A DNA stretch of 64,000 nt from an uncultured Candidatus Rokubacteria bacterium (GTDB lineage Bacteria; Methylomirabilota; Methylomirabilia; Rokubacteriales; DASRDR01). Positions 37,370 through 47,511 of this stretch are shown in pieces. A model generated the notes under the pieces. That model was given only the letters and a program-made list of their open reading frames with translations, was not told the DNA's origin and searched no databases. A program made the position numbers and the translations under genes. The first letter of the stretch is position 1. The number at the start of each line of letters is the position of its first letter. The stretch spans positions 1,952,001-2,016,000 of the forward strand of contig CAWDVE010000010.1 in NCBI GenBank assembly GCA_963805625.1, written 5' to 3'.

Positions 37370-38186
37370 CGAGCACTCCCTGCATCTCCCGTCGCAGGAT
37401 CTCCCAGATGCGCCCCTGGAGATCACGGAACCGGGGCTCGAAGCGGGACCCGTAGTAGTCGCGCGGCCGCGGCAGGTCGATCACGAAGTTGGCCGCGATC
37501 CGGCCGGGAGACGCCGTCATGACCAGCACGCGGTCCGCCATGGCGATGGCCTCGTCGATGTCGTGCGTCACGATCAGCACCGTCTGGCCGAGCGTCTCCA
37601 GGACCCGGAGGAAGCGGTTCCCCACGTAGATGCGCGTCTGGGCGTCGAGCGCCGAGAAGGGCTCGTCGAGCAGGAACACGGTCGGCTCGTACGCCATCGT
37701 TCGTGCCAAGGCAACCCGCTTGCGCATGCCGCCTGACAGCTCCGCCGGATACTTGTGGAGCGCCTGCCCCAGGCCGATGTCGACGAGGAGGGCCTCCGCG
37801 CGCCGTCCCGCCTCGCCCGGGGCCTTCCCCGCGAGGATCGCGCCGATCGCCACGTTCTCCCTGGCGGTCTTCCACGGCAGCAGCGCGTCAGACTGGAACA
37901 GGAACCCGATGCCCGGCGGCACCCGGGTAACAACCCGGTCGTCGATCCGCACCGTGCCCTGCGTGGCCGCGAGCAGGCCGCACACCACCCGCAGCAGCGT
38001 GCTCTTCCCACAGCCGCTCGGGCCGAGGATGGCAACGAACTCGCCGGGCGCCACCCGGACCGACACCCCGGAGAGGGCCAGGTTCGAGCGCTGCTGCTGG
38101 GTGGACGCCGCGAAGCGGACTGAAATGCCGTCGACGTCGATCTTCGCGACGCCCGCCGTCGTCTCGGTCCCCCGCGCCGGGGTCAC
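37350..38186 (-). CDS. ABC transporter ATP-binding protein (TauB/SsuB type)
   Basis: GPSGCGKS, LSGGM, LLDEPF, VTHD. Confidence 0.93.
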   Translation of the reverse strand: MTPARGTETTAGVAKIDVDGISVRFAASTQQQRSNLALSGVSVRVAPGEFVAILGPSGCGKSTLLRVVCGLLAATQGTVRIDDRVVTRVPPGIGFLFQSDALLPWKTARENVAIGAILAGKAPGEAGRRAEALLVDIGLGQALHKYPAELSGGMRKRVALARTMAYEPTVFLLDEPFSALDAQTRIYVGNRFLRVLETLGQTVLIVTHDIDEAIAMADRVLVMTASPGRIAANFVIDLPRPRDYYGSRFEPRFRDLQGRIWEILRREMQGVLGDDGHA

Positions 38187-38232
38187 CGGGCCGTGGCTCG
38201 TGCTGATGGTGCAACCGCCCCGCGCGGCGGTC

Positions 38233-39210
38233 CTACTTGACCGGGAGACGCACGACCAGCGTGTCGAAGGCAGGCATCTCCGCCTTGCTGACCCGTCCTG
38301 AGCCCACCAGGATGTCCACCGCCTGGTCGTAAAGCTCCCGGGTCATGTCGCCGTCGCCCTTCCAGTACACCTTGGCCGCGAAGTCCAGCTGCTGCGACAG
38401 CTCCTGGGGCGAGATGGTGGGGTAGGACTGCCTCGCCATCTTCATCGCGAACTCGCGGTCGGTCTTGAACCGGTGGATCACCGCCTTCATCGCCGACTGG
38501 AACCGGATGAACTTCTCCGGATTCTCTTCCAGGTCCTTGGTGCGCGCGATCGAGACGAGGTTCGGGAACTGCATGGCCTCCCAGTCCCCCACGACCCGCG
38601 CCATGCCGGAGTCGATCGCCTTGGTCAGGAACGGCCGCACCAGTACGGCGGCGTCGACCCGAGCGTTCTCTAGGCCGGCATAGAGGTTCGCGGGCGACCC
38701 GAGCGCGATCAGCGTGACGTCCCGGTCGGGATTGAGACCCGCCTTGTTCAACGCCCAGCGCATCAGCATGTCCGAGGAGGAGCCGGGACCGGAGATCCCG
38801 ACGGTCTTTCCCCGGAGATCGGCCACGGTCTTGATGTCGGACTTGGCCGACGCCACCAGCGACCAGTTCATCGAATGCAGGATCACGCCGAACGTCTTGG
38901 CATCGACCAGCTTCTTCGCCGCGAACCCGACCGGCTTGTCAAAACCGGACGTCATGATGTCCCCGTGGCCGCCCGCGAAGATCTGGCCGGCCTCGCCCCC
39001 GCCCTGGATCTGCAGCGTCTCGACCTGGAGACCGTACTCGGCGCCGAGCGTCTTCAGCGCGGTGACGGGCAGACTGTGGAACGCCGGCGTGGCCTCGATG
39101 ATGGAGATCTTGATCGGCTTAGCCGGCTGCGCGTCCGCCCACGGCGCCGTCACCATCGCCAGCGCCGTCACGGCCAGGGTAGCTAGAATCCTTACGGGGT
39201 GCGCTCGCAT
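38233..39210 (-). CDS. ABC transporter substrate-binding protein (NMT1/SsuA-like)
   Basis: Signal peptide, DLRGKTVGISGPGSSS. Confidence 0.88.
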   Translation of the reverse strand: MRAHPVRILATLAVTALAMVTAPWADAQPAKPIKISIIEATPAFHSLPVTALKTLGAEYGLQVETLQIQGGGEAGQIFAGGHGDIMTSGFDKPVGFAAKKLVDAKTFGVILHSMNWSLVASAKSDIKTVADLRGKTVGISGPGSSSDMLMRWALNKAGLNPDRDVTLIALGSPANLYAGLENARVDAAVLVRPFLTKAIDSGMARVVGDWEAMQFPNLVSIARTKDLEENPEKFIRFQSAMKAVIHRFKTDREFAMKMARQSYPTISPQELSQQLDFAAKVYWKGDGDMTRELYDQAVDILVGSGRVSKAEMPAFDTLVVRLPVK

Positions 39211-39402
39211 CGTCCCCTCCACGGTCTCTCCGGCTTCGGCTGTCACGTCGCTCTCACTCCATCGTACAGGTCCCGCACGCCCGTCGAGGTAGATGACGTC
39301 AGCGGCACCGGCGCGAGCACGATAGCAACGGCTGCGAGAGGGGTCAAGGCAACCGCCCGCGCCGGGCTTCCGTCCGGGCCCGCGGTGGGCCCCGGGGACG
39401 AC

Positions 39403-40767
39403 CTACGTCAGGAGCGCGAGGGGCTCGTCGACCAACTCGGCGAGGGCCGCGAGGAACTGGGCGCCCCGGGCGCCATCCAGCGCGCGGTGGTCGCAGGACA
39501 GGGTCAGCACCATCATCGGCTGGACGGCCGGCTGGTTGTTGACGGGCACGACCCGGTCGACGATGCGGCCGACGGCGAGGATGGCGGCCTGTGGCGGGTT
39601 CACGATGGCGGTGAACCCGTCGACGCCGTACATCCCGAGGTTGCTGATCGTGAAACTGCCGCCCTGAATATCAGCCGGGCGCAGCCGGCCGGCCTGGGCG
39701 CGGCCCACCAGGGCTTCCCGCTGGGCCACCAGCTCGGTGAGGCCGAGCGTGTCGGCGCGGTGGATGACGGGCACCACGAGGCCGTCGTCCGTGGCCACCG
39801 CCAGGCCGATGTTGATCTCAGCGTGCCGCACGATGGCGCCGTCCCGCCACGACGCGTTCACGCCCGGGTGCCGCGCGATGGCGGCGGCGACGAGCTTCAC
39901 GAGCAGGTCCGTGTAGGTGACCCGGACCCCGGTCTGCTTGACTGCCCGCTCGCGCCACGCGACCAGGCGGCTCGCATTGACCTCGCGGACGAGGTGGAAC
40001 TGGGGGGCCGTCGTCCAGCTGGCCGTCATGCGCTCGACCATGACCCGCCAGATGGTGCCGACGCGTGGCGCGTCGGCGGCGGGCACGGACGCCGCCGCGG
40101 CAGCGACGTCGACGGCCGGCGCCCGGGGACGCTCGGCGGCCAGGACGTCGGCCACGAGAACGGCGCCCCCGGGGCCCGAGCCATTGAGGTCCGCGACGTC
40201 GAGGCCGCGCTCGGCGGCGAGCCGCCGGGCCTTGGGCGAGGCCGGCAGGAGCCGGAGCGCCGGCCCACCAGTCGTCCCCGGCGCGGCCCGGCGCTCGACG
40301 TAGGCGAGGACGTCCGCCTTCTCGATTCGCCCGCTGCTCGACGTCACCTGCGCGAGATCCACGCCGTGCTGCTCCGCGACCTTCCGGGCCAGCGGCGACA
40401 CCCGCACGCTCGCGGCCGGGGCGGCGGGGCGGGCAGCCGCCGCGGCGGGCGGCGCGGACGGGCTGGCGACGGTCGGCGGCACCGGTCTCGCCGCCGGGCC
40501 GGTCCCGGGGCCGGCCGCCCCGGTCTCGTCGGCTCCGAAAATCAACGCGATCGTCCGGCCGACGGGGATCACGTCGCCCTCCCGCGCGGTCACGTCGCGG
40601 AGCACGCCGGAAGCCGGCGCCTCGATCTCGACGGTGGCCTTGTCGGTCTCGATCTCCACGATCGGCTCGCCCTTCCGCACCGTGTCGCCGGGAGCCTTCA
40701 GCCAGTGCAGGACCTTGCCGGAGTCCTGCGCCAGCTCGAGCGCCGGCATGATGACGCTGGCCGGCAT
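39403..40767 (-). CDS. 2-oxoacid dehydrogenase E2 (dihydrolipoamide acyltransferase)
   Basis: Lipoyl domain ETDKAT, two E3-binding motifs (SPLARK, SPKARR), DHRALDGA. Confidence 0.92.
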   Translation of the reverse strand: MPASVIMPALELAQDSGKVLHWLKAPGDTVRKGEPIVEIETDKATVEIEAPASGVLRDVTAREGDVIPVGRTIALIFGADETGAAGPGTGPAARPVPPTVASPSAPPAAAAARPAAPAASVRVSPLARKVAEQHGVDLAQVTSSSGRIEKADVLAYVERRAAPGTTGGPALRLLPASPKARRLAAERGLDVADLNGSGPGGAVLVADVLAAERPRAPAVDVAAAAASVPAADAPRVGTIWRVMVERMTASWTTAPQFHLVREVNASRLVAWRERAVKQTGVRVTYTDLLVKLVAAAIARHPGVNASWRDGAIVRHAEINIGLAVATDDGLVVPVIHRADTLGLTELVAQREALVGRAQAGRLRPADIQGGSFTISNLGMYGVDGFTAIVNPPQAAILAVGRIVDRVVPVNNQPAVQPMMVLTLSCDHRALDGARGAQFLAALAELVDEPLALLT

Positions 40768-41768
40768 CAGATGTTCCGGCAGAGGGCCACGGCCGTCTCG
40801 AAGACCGTCTTCTCCGTCGGCACCGTGAGGTCCTCGAGGACCGGCGAGAACGGCACCGGCACGTCCATGGCGCCCATGCGCTTGACTGGCGCGTCGAGGT
40901 AGTAGAAGGCGCCATCGGCGATCACCGACGCGATCTCGGCGGTAACGCCGTAACGCTCGTAGCCCTCGTCGACGACGAGGGCCCGCGAGGTTTTTTTCGC
41001 GGAGGCGATCAGCGTCTCCTTGTCGAGGGGCGCGGTCGTCCGCGGATCGATCACCTCGGCGCTGATTCCGGTGTCCTCGAGGAGCTTGGCGGCGCCCAGC
41101 GCCACCTGCACCATGCTGCTGGTGGCGACGATGGTGATGTCGCGCCCGGCACGCTTGACGTCGGCCACCCCGAACGGGATCGTGAAGTCGCCCTCGGCCA
41201 CCGGGCCCTTCATGCGGTACATCATCTTGTCCTCGAAGATGACGACCGGGCTGTCGTCGCGGATCGCCGCCTTCATCAGGCCCTTGGCGTCGTGGGGCGT
41301 CGACGGCAGCGCCACCTTGAGCCCGGGGACGTGGCTGACCCACGCCTGAAGGGACTGCGAGTGCTGGGCGGCCGAGCGGCGAGTGGCGCCCAGCGTCGTC
41401 CGGAAGACGATGGGCACCTTGATCTTGCCGCCCGACATGTAGTGCGCCTTGGCGGCTTGGTTCACCATCTGGTCCATCGTCAGCGTGATGAAGTCGCCGA
41501 ACATGATGTCGACGATGGGGCGCATGCCGGTCATGGCCGCGCCTACGCCGATCCCGGCATAGCCGGGCTCGGAGATCGGCGTGTCGATGATCCGATCGGT
41601 TCCGAACTCCTGCACCAGCCCGAGCAGCACCTTGAAGGGATGGCCGGCCTCGGCGACGTCCTCGCCGATCACGAACACGCGCGTGTCCCGGCGCATCTCC
41701 TCGGCGATCGCCTCGCGGACCGCCTCGCCGTACGTCAGCTCTCGCACCCCGGCTTCAGGCGTAGACAT
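40767..41768 (-). CDS. Pyruvate/acetoin dehydrogenase E1 beta subunit
   Basis: GEDV, DTPISE, AQHSQS, EVIDPRT. Confidence 0.92.
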   Translation of the reverse strand: MSTPEAGVRELTYGEAVREAIAEEMRRDTRVFVIGEDVAEAGHPFKVLLGLVQEFGTDRIIDTPISEPGYAGIGVGAAMTGMRPIVDIMFGDFITLTMDQMVNQAAKAHYMSGGKIKVPIVFRTTLGATRRSAAQHSQSLQAWVSHVPGLKVALPSTPHDAKGLMKAAIRDDSPVVIFEDKMMYRMKGPVAEGDFTIPFGVADVKRAGRDITIVATSSMVQVALGAAKLLEDTGISAEVIDPRTTAPLDKETLIASAKKTSRALVVDEGYERYGVTAEIASVIADGAFYYLDAPVKRMGAMDVPVPFSPVLEDLTVPTEKTVFETAVALCRNI

Positions 41769-42738
41769 CCTGGGTGACCTCGCTCGGCTCGGGATAGGCG
41801 GCAGCCAGCGCGTACTGCACGGCGCTGTCGATCTCGGTCTTCACGTCGCCGAGGATGCGCTCGAACACGCCCGCCTCGGAGAGCCCCTGGCCGATGAGCC
41901 GCTCCGACAGGGTCTCCAGCGGGTCGTGCTTCGTCATCCACTCGCGCTCCTCGTCGCGTGACCGGTACTCCCGGTTCACGTCGCCGACGTGGTGCCCGTA
42001 GTACCGGTACGTCTTGCACTCGAGGAACGCCGGCCCCTCGCCGCGGCGCGCCCGCTCGACCAGCCGCCGCATCGCTCGGTTGACCGCCTGGACGTCCTGG
42101 CCGTCGACGCTCTCGGCGTGCACCCCGAAGGCGCGCGGGCGGGCGAGGATCTCGCCGGCCACCGTCTCGCTGCACGAGGTGTACTCGCCGTAGAGGTTGT
42201 TCTCGCAGACGTAGATGACGGGCAGCTTCCACAGAGAGGCCATGTTCATGACCTCGTAGAGGAGACCCTGACCGAGCGCGCCGTCGCCGAAGAAGCACGC
42301 CACGACCTGCCCGGTTCCGCGCATCTTGGCCGACAGCGCCGCACCCGTGGCGATCCCGGCGGAGCCGCCCACGATTGCGTTGGCGCCCAGGTTTCCCGTC
42401 TCGGGATCAGCGATGTGCATCGAGCCACCCTTGCCCCGGCAGTAGCCGGGCCCCTTACCGAGCAGCTCGGCAAACATCCGGTCGACCGCGGCGCCCTTGG
42501 CCAGGCAGTGGCCGTGCCCCCGATGGGTGCTCGTGATGAAGTCGTCCCTCCGCAGGGCCTCGCAGACGCCGACGGCGACGGCTTCCTGGCCGACGTAAAG
42601 GTGCGCCAGGCCCGGCATCTTCGCGCCCTTGTACAGCTCCTGCACCTGCTCCTCGAAGGCGCGGATCTTCGCCATCTGGCGGTACATGTGGAGGTGCTGC
42701 TCGAGCTCCATCCTGGGTTCGATCGTATGCGTCGTCAT
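41755..42738 (-). CDS. Pyruvate/acetoin dehydrogenase E1 alpha subunit (TPP-dependent)
   Basis: HLYVGQEA, THRGHGH, GKGGSMH, GDGA...ENN, TYRYYGH. Confidence 0.92.
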   Translation of the reverse strand: MTTHTIEPRMELEQHLHMYRQMAKIRAFEEQVQELYKGAKMPGLAHLYVGQEAVAVGVCEALRRDDFITSTHRGHGHCLAKGAAVDRMFAELLGKGPGYCRGKGGSMHIADPETGNLGANAIVGGSAGIATGAALSAKMRGTGQVVACFFGDGALGQGLLYEVMNMASLWKLPVIYVCENNLYGEYTSCSETVAGEILARPRAFGVHAESVDGQDVQAVNRAMRRLVERARRGEGPAFLECKTYRYYGHHVGDVNREYRSRDEEREWMTKHDPLETLSERLIGQGLSEAGVFERILGDVKTEIDSAVQYALAAAYPEPSEVTQDVYA

Positions 42739-42917
42739 CGACACGTCCCTTCGAGTAGTCGGGATCCCGGCGCGCCCTTGCGATCCGCCGGCTCCCGCTG
42801 ATGCTCCACCGAGGGTGGGGCGGAGTCAAGTAGCGGCGGTGGTTGTCCTTCCCGGCGCGCCTGGCCGCCATGCGGGCGAACGCGCGGCCCCGAGGGACCA
42901 GGTCGGCGCCCTCGCTG

Positions 42918-43412
42918 TCAGTCCGGGTGGTACTTCAGCATCATCGCGCGCAGGTCCTGACGTAGCTCTTCGAGGGTGGGGCGGCCGACGAACCAGCCAC
43001 CGTCGTAGATCTTGTGGATGGCGAGATCTGGCCCCACCGAGAAGCTGTAGGGGATCGCGATGCGAGGGTGCGCTCGGTCGGTCTCATCCACGATGTCCAG
43101 CCCCATGATGGCCCGACGCTCGTGATCACTCAGGAACGCGAACGTCGCGCCCAGCCCGGCACGCAGGGCCCCGCACACCTCCGGGGGATCCGTGCTGATC
43201 ACCGCGAGGTGGCAGTAGTTCACGTCGAGCTCGCGCTGGAAATCGGTCAAGTGCCGCAACTGGCACTGGCACTTCGGTCACCAGTAGCCGCGGTAGAAGC
43301 TGACGATCAGCGGGTACCCGGCGGCCAGCTCGGAAAGCCTCACCGGCACCCGGCGATGATCGGGGAGTTCAAGGTCGGGAAGGTGGCTACCTATCACCAG
43401 ATCAGCGCGCAT
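42918..43412 (-). CDS. Peroxiredoxin-like (AhpC/TSA) protein with in-frame TGA, probable selenoprotein (UxxC)
   Basis: GGGAGG RBS, ATG 43412, MRADLVIGSHLPDLELPDH...VSFYRGYW-TGA(43280-43278)-PKCQ, in frame with the 113-aa downstream ORF. Hairpin follows the TGA. Confidence 0.85.
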
Positions 43413-44074
43413 GCCGGCCTCCCATGACGTCAGGGGTCATCGGTCGCCTCTCCGTTGCTTCTCGTACCCGGCAGATTTGAACCAAAGCCTGTCCTGCCCC
43501 TTCGCCAAGCCTACCGGTAAGTCAGTTTGGCGCGTTCCCAGCGTGGCCGGAGTCTAGCGCGCCGCGGGCCGCCTCGGACAGGCCCGGGGCGATCATCCCG
43601 GTTCCGGGCGGTACACGGATCTCACTGGGGCGGTGCGTGCATCGAGGGAGACGGAGCGTCGCATTGTCACACTCCCAGTGCGCTGGGGTGGTCGCGGTGC
43701 CTCGCGGGTGCGACGATGGCACCGCCGCGCAGACCGGAGCAAGGGTGCGGGATAGCCGTGTGATGCATAGAGATCATTTGCGATGCAGGATCCCCCCCAC
43801 GACGCGATTCCTCCTGGTGATCTACCGCCGCGTGGCCCGGTCGCGAGTGGCGCCGGCGCCTAATCCGGCGCCGGCCGCCTCGTAGAACCTCGAAATCGCT
43901 CGCGAGGCGCGGCGGAGCCCTCCACACGCGCTGTCCGCCGCCGCCCGGGCGGGTTCCGTCAAGAGGACGGACGGATCCCCGGCCGTGCCCCCCAGTCTTA
44001 GGTGTCGCGCACGAACGCGAGCACCCCGCGAGCCACGAACATACGCCCCCCGGGAGCCAGAGGACGTACCGCGC

Positions 44075-44398
44075 CTACGGTGTCGGGGCTTGAGGCGGCA
44101 AGCCCGGCGGCAGGGGGGGCGGTTGCCCCGGGGGAGTTGACCCCGGCGGAGGCAGCGCCCGCGCCGAGGGGGCCCAGTATGCGGGACGCCAGACCCACGC
44201 CGCCCCACCCCAGACCCACTGGGCCGGGACGTACACGTATCCCGGAGGAGCTCCAACGGGGGCCGGGGTGACATAGGGCGGTGGCGCGGGCCCCACGTAG
44301 TAACACCCGGCGAGGATCAGGCCGATGCCGAGCAGCAGCGCGACCACGACCACGCTCTCGCTACCGAGGAGCCTGGGACCCGGGGCGCGCCACCCCAT
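44075..44398 (-). CDS. Pro-rich lipoprotein with YxWGxW-like motif
   Basis: LILAGC lipobox, YVYVPAQWVWGGAAWVWRPAYW. Start uncertain. Confidence 0.6.
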   Translation of the reverse strand: MGWRAPGPRLLGSESVVVVALLLGIGLILAGCYYVGPAPPPYVTPAPVGAPPGYVYVPAQWVWGGAAWVWRPAYWAPSARALPPPGSTPPGQPPPLPPGLPPQAPTP

Positions 44399-44400
44399 GG

Positions 44401-44943
44401 CTACTGGCAGATTTGCTGACTGTAGGCGGGAATCCAGGCCGTGACGCGCTGCCCGTTCTGGAGCGTCCGGGTCTCATAGTGCCCTTGGACAGTCACCGTC
44501 TCACAGGCCTGGCCGCCGCTCGGAGCCGAGCCCTGGGCGGACGCCTGCGGAGGATTCTCCGGCGGACTGCCATAGTTCAAGCTAGCTGACGGATCCGCCT
44601 GGCCCCCTGCCCCTGGGACTGGCGGCGGGGCATAGACCGGAGGTGAGTAGGTCGGATAGCTGTAGGCCGGATACGGGTAGGTCGGGTACGCGTAGGCCGG
44701 GTACGGGTAGGCCGGGTAGGCGTACGGGTATGCGGGATACGCATAAGCTGGGGGATACCAGTAGGGGGACGTAGCAAGGGCGCCGATCCCCAATCCGAGG
44801 GCGAAGCCCCCCCAGCCGTACCCACCCCCATGCCATCCACCATGCCCGCGCCAGCCCCCGCCGCGAACCCACGCTTGAGCGGGTCCCGCCAGGAGCGGCA
44901 CGAAGAGCACGGCTACGAGCACGATCGCTGTCAGCTTCCTCAT
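44401..44943 (-). CDS. Secreted Gly/Tyr/Pro-rich repeat protein
   Basis: Signal peptide ending AQA, GGW repeats, YPAYPY-type repeats, C-terminal Cys pair. Confidence 0.7.
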   Translation of the reverse strand: MRKLTAIVLVAVLFVPLLAGPAQAWVRGGGWRGHGGWHGGGYGWGGFALGLGIGALATSPYWYPPAYAYPAYPYAYPAYPYPAYAYPTYPYPAYSYPTYSPPVYAPPPVPGAGGQADPSASLNYGSPPENPPQASAQGSAPSGGQACETVTVQGHYETRTLQNGQRVTAWIPAYSQQICQ

Positions 44944-45115
44944 GTTCCGCCTTCCTCTACAGGGTTCGACGACTGTAACGCGCCTCCGATTCTCCTCCGA
45001 GGCGGGTCCCTCGGGGCGCGCATAGTCCAATGGATCATGTCATGCCGGGATCGGGGATGACCGCCGCTTGACGTGCCGCTCGTGGCCGCATAGAGTCGGG
45101 CTAGCCGGGTCCGTG

Positions 45116-46699
45116 ATGGAGGCGCTCCCGAGCCGCCCGCAGGCCGCCCTCGCTCTCTTCCTCGAGGTGAGCCGGTCGTTCCACGCGCTGGTCGAGCCGG
45201 GGGAGCTCCTTTCTCTGATCACCGAGCGCGTTCGAACGCTGCTCGACGCCGAAGCGTGCTCCGTGATCCTGTACGATCCGGACCGTGGCGACCTCTACAT
45301 TCCGGTGTCCAGCGATGCGCGGATCGAGTCGCCCGACCGGCTCCGCGAAGTGCGCTTTCGCGTGTCGGAGGGCATTGCCGGGTGGGTGTTCCGCGAGGGT
45401 CGCTCTGTCTTGGTGCCGGACGTCGCCAGCGATCCTCGCTTCTACGATGCGGTCGACCGTGAGACGGGCACCGCCAGCCACTCCCTGCTATGCGCCCCTC
45501 TCCTGACGCGGTCGGGGACCATCGGTGTTACCCAGGTCATCAACAAGAGGTCCGGGATCTTCACGCAAGACGACCTCGATCTCCTCGATGCCATTGCTGG
45601 GACCATTGCAGTGGCCCTCGAGAACGCCCGGCTCCACGAAGCCTTAAGACGCGAGACGGAGCGGATCCAGGGGGAGAACCTCGAGCTGCGGCGGGCCGTC
45701 GGCGAGCACTTCCGCGGGATCCTCGGGACGAGCTCGACGCTCCGGCGAGTCCTCGAACAGGCGGCTCAGGCGGCCCCGACGCGCGCCACCATCACGCTGC
45801 TGGGCGAGACCGGCACGGGCAAGGAGCTATTCGCGCGTTCCATCCACGCGGCCAGCGATCGCGCAGCAGGGCCATTCGTGGTGGTGAACTGCGCTGCGAT
45901 CCCTACCACCCTGCTGGAGGCGGAGCTGTTCGGTTTCGAGCGCGGCGCGTTCACCGGAGCGGTGGCGTCGCGCCGAGGGCGCTTCGAGGTAGCGCACGGA
46001 GGTACGCTTTTCCTTGACGAGATCGGGGAGCTCGAGCCAGCCCTGCAGGCGAAGCTCCTCCGTGTATTGGAGTCTGGCGAGGTACAGCCGCTCGGCAGTG
46101 AGCGAGCGCATCGCGTAGACGTTCGAATCGTCACGGCCACCAACCGCGACCTGCAGAAGCTTCTCGCCGCCGGGAGCTTTCGCGAGGACCTCTACTGGCG
46201 GATCAACGTCATCACGCTCGAGCTACCGCCTCTCCGCGAGCGGCGCGAGGACCTGCCGCTCTTGATCCATCACATCCTGGGCCGGCTCGACGCCGAGCTG
46301 GGGCGCGGCCACCGCGTGCGCACAGATGCCGAGGCGGTGCTCTTGGCGTACGACTATCCGGGTAACGTGCGCGAGCTGGAGAACATCCTCCGTCGCGCGG
46401 CCACCCTCGCCACGGGCCCGGAGATCACTCCGGAGGATCTCCCGCCCCACGTGACGGCGCGGGACGAGTACGTGACCCCAGCGACGAACGTCGAGCTGAA
46501 GGCCGCGAAGGCCGCGGCCGCGGCGGCGGCGGCCCAGGCGGTCGAGCGGCGCTTCCTCACTCAGCTTCTGCGGGACACAGCCGGGAACGTGTCAGAAGCC
46601 GCGCGGCGGGTGGGCATGAACCGGACCTGGCTCCACCAACTCCTCTCGCGGCACCGGATCGACGCCAAAGGATTCCAGCCCCCCGCCTCCGCCGGATAG
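45116..46699 (+). CDS. GAF-domain sigma54-dependent transcriptional activator (NifA-like, Fis HTH)
   Basis: GAF domain, GETGTGKE, GAFTGA, LFLDEIG, YPGNVRELEN, GNVSEAAR. Confidence 0.92.
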   Translation: MEALPSRPQAALALFLEVSRSFHALVEPGELLSLITERVRTLLDAEACSVILYDPDRGDLYIPVSSDARIESPDRLREVRFRVSEGIAGWVFREGRSVLVPDVASDPRFYDAVDRETGTASHSLLCAPLLTRSGTIGVTQVINKRSGIFTQDDLDLLDAIAGTIAVALENARLHEALRRETERIQGENLELRRAVGEHFRGILGTSSTLRRVLEQAAQAAPTRATITLLGETGTGKELFARSIHAASDRAAGPFVVVNCAAIPTTLLEAELFGFERGAFTGAVASRRGRFEVAHGGTLFLDEIGELEPALQAKLLRVLESGEVQPLGSERAHRVDVRIVTATNRDLQKLLAAGSFREDLYWRINVITLELPPLRERREDLPLLIHHILGRLDAELGRGHRVRTDAEAVLLAYDYPGNVRELENILRRAATLATGPEITPEDLPPHVTARDEYVTPATNVELKAAKAAAAAAAAQAVERRFLTQLLRDTAGNVSEAARRVGMNRTWLHQLLSRHRIDAKGFQPPASAG

Positions 46700-46909
46700 C
46701 GGCCGCGCCCGGAGCCGCCCAGGCTGTCGTCTGATCCCCAGATACTGTCGCCGTCGAACAGACAGCCTGTAACCAGCTATTGTCGCTGGTCAATCAGCTC
46801 CTCTGGACCGTCATGGGCTTCCGAGGTGACGGGCGCGGACGAACAGGCCCGCGCTCCGGGCGATCGCCTAAGTCAGCGTCATTTCTAGCCTGTCGAATCG
46901 TCGGCCTCT

Positions 46910-46925
46910 TGGCAGGCCACTTGCT
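46910..46925 (+). promoter_or_regulatory. Sigma54 -24/-12 promoter
   Basis: TGGCAGGCCACTTGCT (GG-N10-GC with TTGC), between the activator and the 46982 gene. Confidence 0.7.
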
Positions 46926-46981
46926 CCCTTCGACCAGTTGTTCGGATCGACCCTGACCTCTTCGGGGAAGGGGGAAGTTCC

Positions 46982-47509
46982 ATGAAGGTGTCCTTGGCAC
47001 TCGCACCTGCCTTAGTTGGTGTCCTGATCGGCGGCGCCACGACACCCACCGTGACGCCCGAGAGTGGCGTGCCTACAGCCCGTTCCCTGCAGGTGTCCGT
47101 GGAGGCCGCCCTCGAGCATGGGGATTTCTTGACGGCCCTGCGTACGACCAAGGCCGCGCATCGCCGGGCCACCCGCGATCGTCGGTGGGAGTCCTTGATC
47201 GAGGTCGGCGACGCATACTACCGCATCGCCAGCCGAACGGCAGCACCTGAAGCGGCAAGCCTGAGGGCACATGATGCCTACCAGGCCGCCCTTCGCAGCG
47301 CGCGTCATGCGGAATCTCTCGACGGGGTGCTCCGTGCGGCCGAGGCCTTCGCTCAGCTCGGTAACATGGACGACGTGGAATTGAGCCTTCTCGTCGCACG
47401 CGACCTGGCCGGTTCCGATGCCGAAGCGGTAGACGATGTGAAGGCGACGGCCGGGCGGCTCAGCGATCTGCTCGCCCACGCGGCGACGATTGACCGACCG
47501 AGGAGGTAG
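46982..47509 (+). CDS. Secreted helical (TPR-like) hypothetical protein
   Basis: Signal-like N-terminus, WESLIEVGDAY...GVLRAAEAFAQLG. Confidence 0.65.
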   Translation: MKVSLALAPALVGVLIGGATTPTVTPESGVPTARSLQVSVEAALEHGDFLTALRTTKAAHRRATRDRRWESLIEVGDAYYRIASRTAAPEAASLRAHDAYQAALRSARHAESLDGVLRAAEAFAQLGNMDDVELSLLVARDLAGSDAEAVDDVKATAGRLSDLLAHAATIDRPRR

Positions 47510-47511
47510 CC

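Noticed and set aside
43528-43542. Sigma54-like GG-N10-GC
   Set aside because: Lacks the TTGC element and has no credible plus-strand gene downstream.
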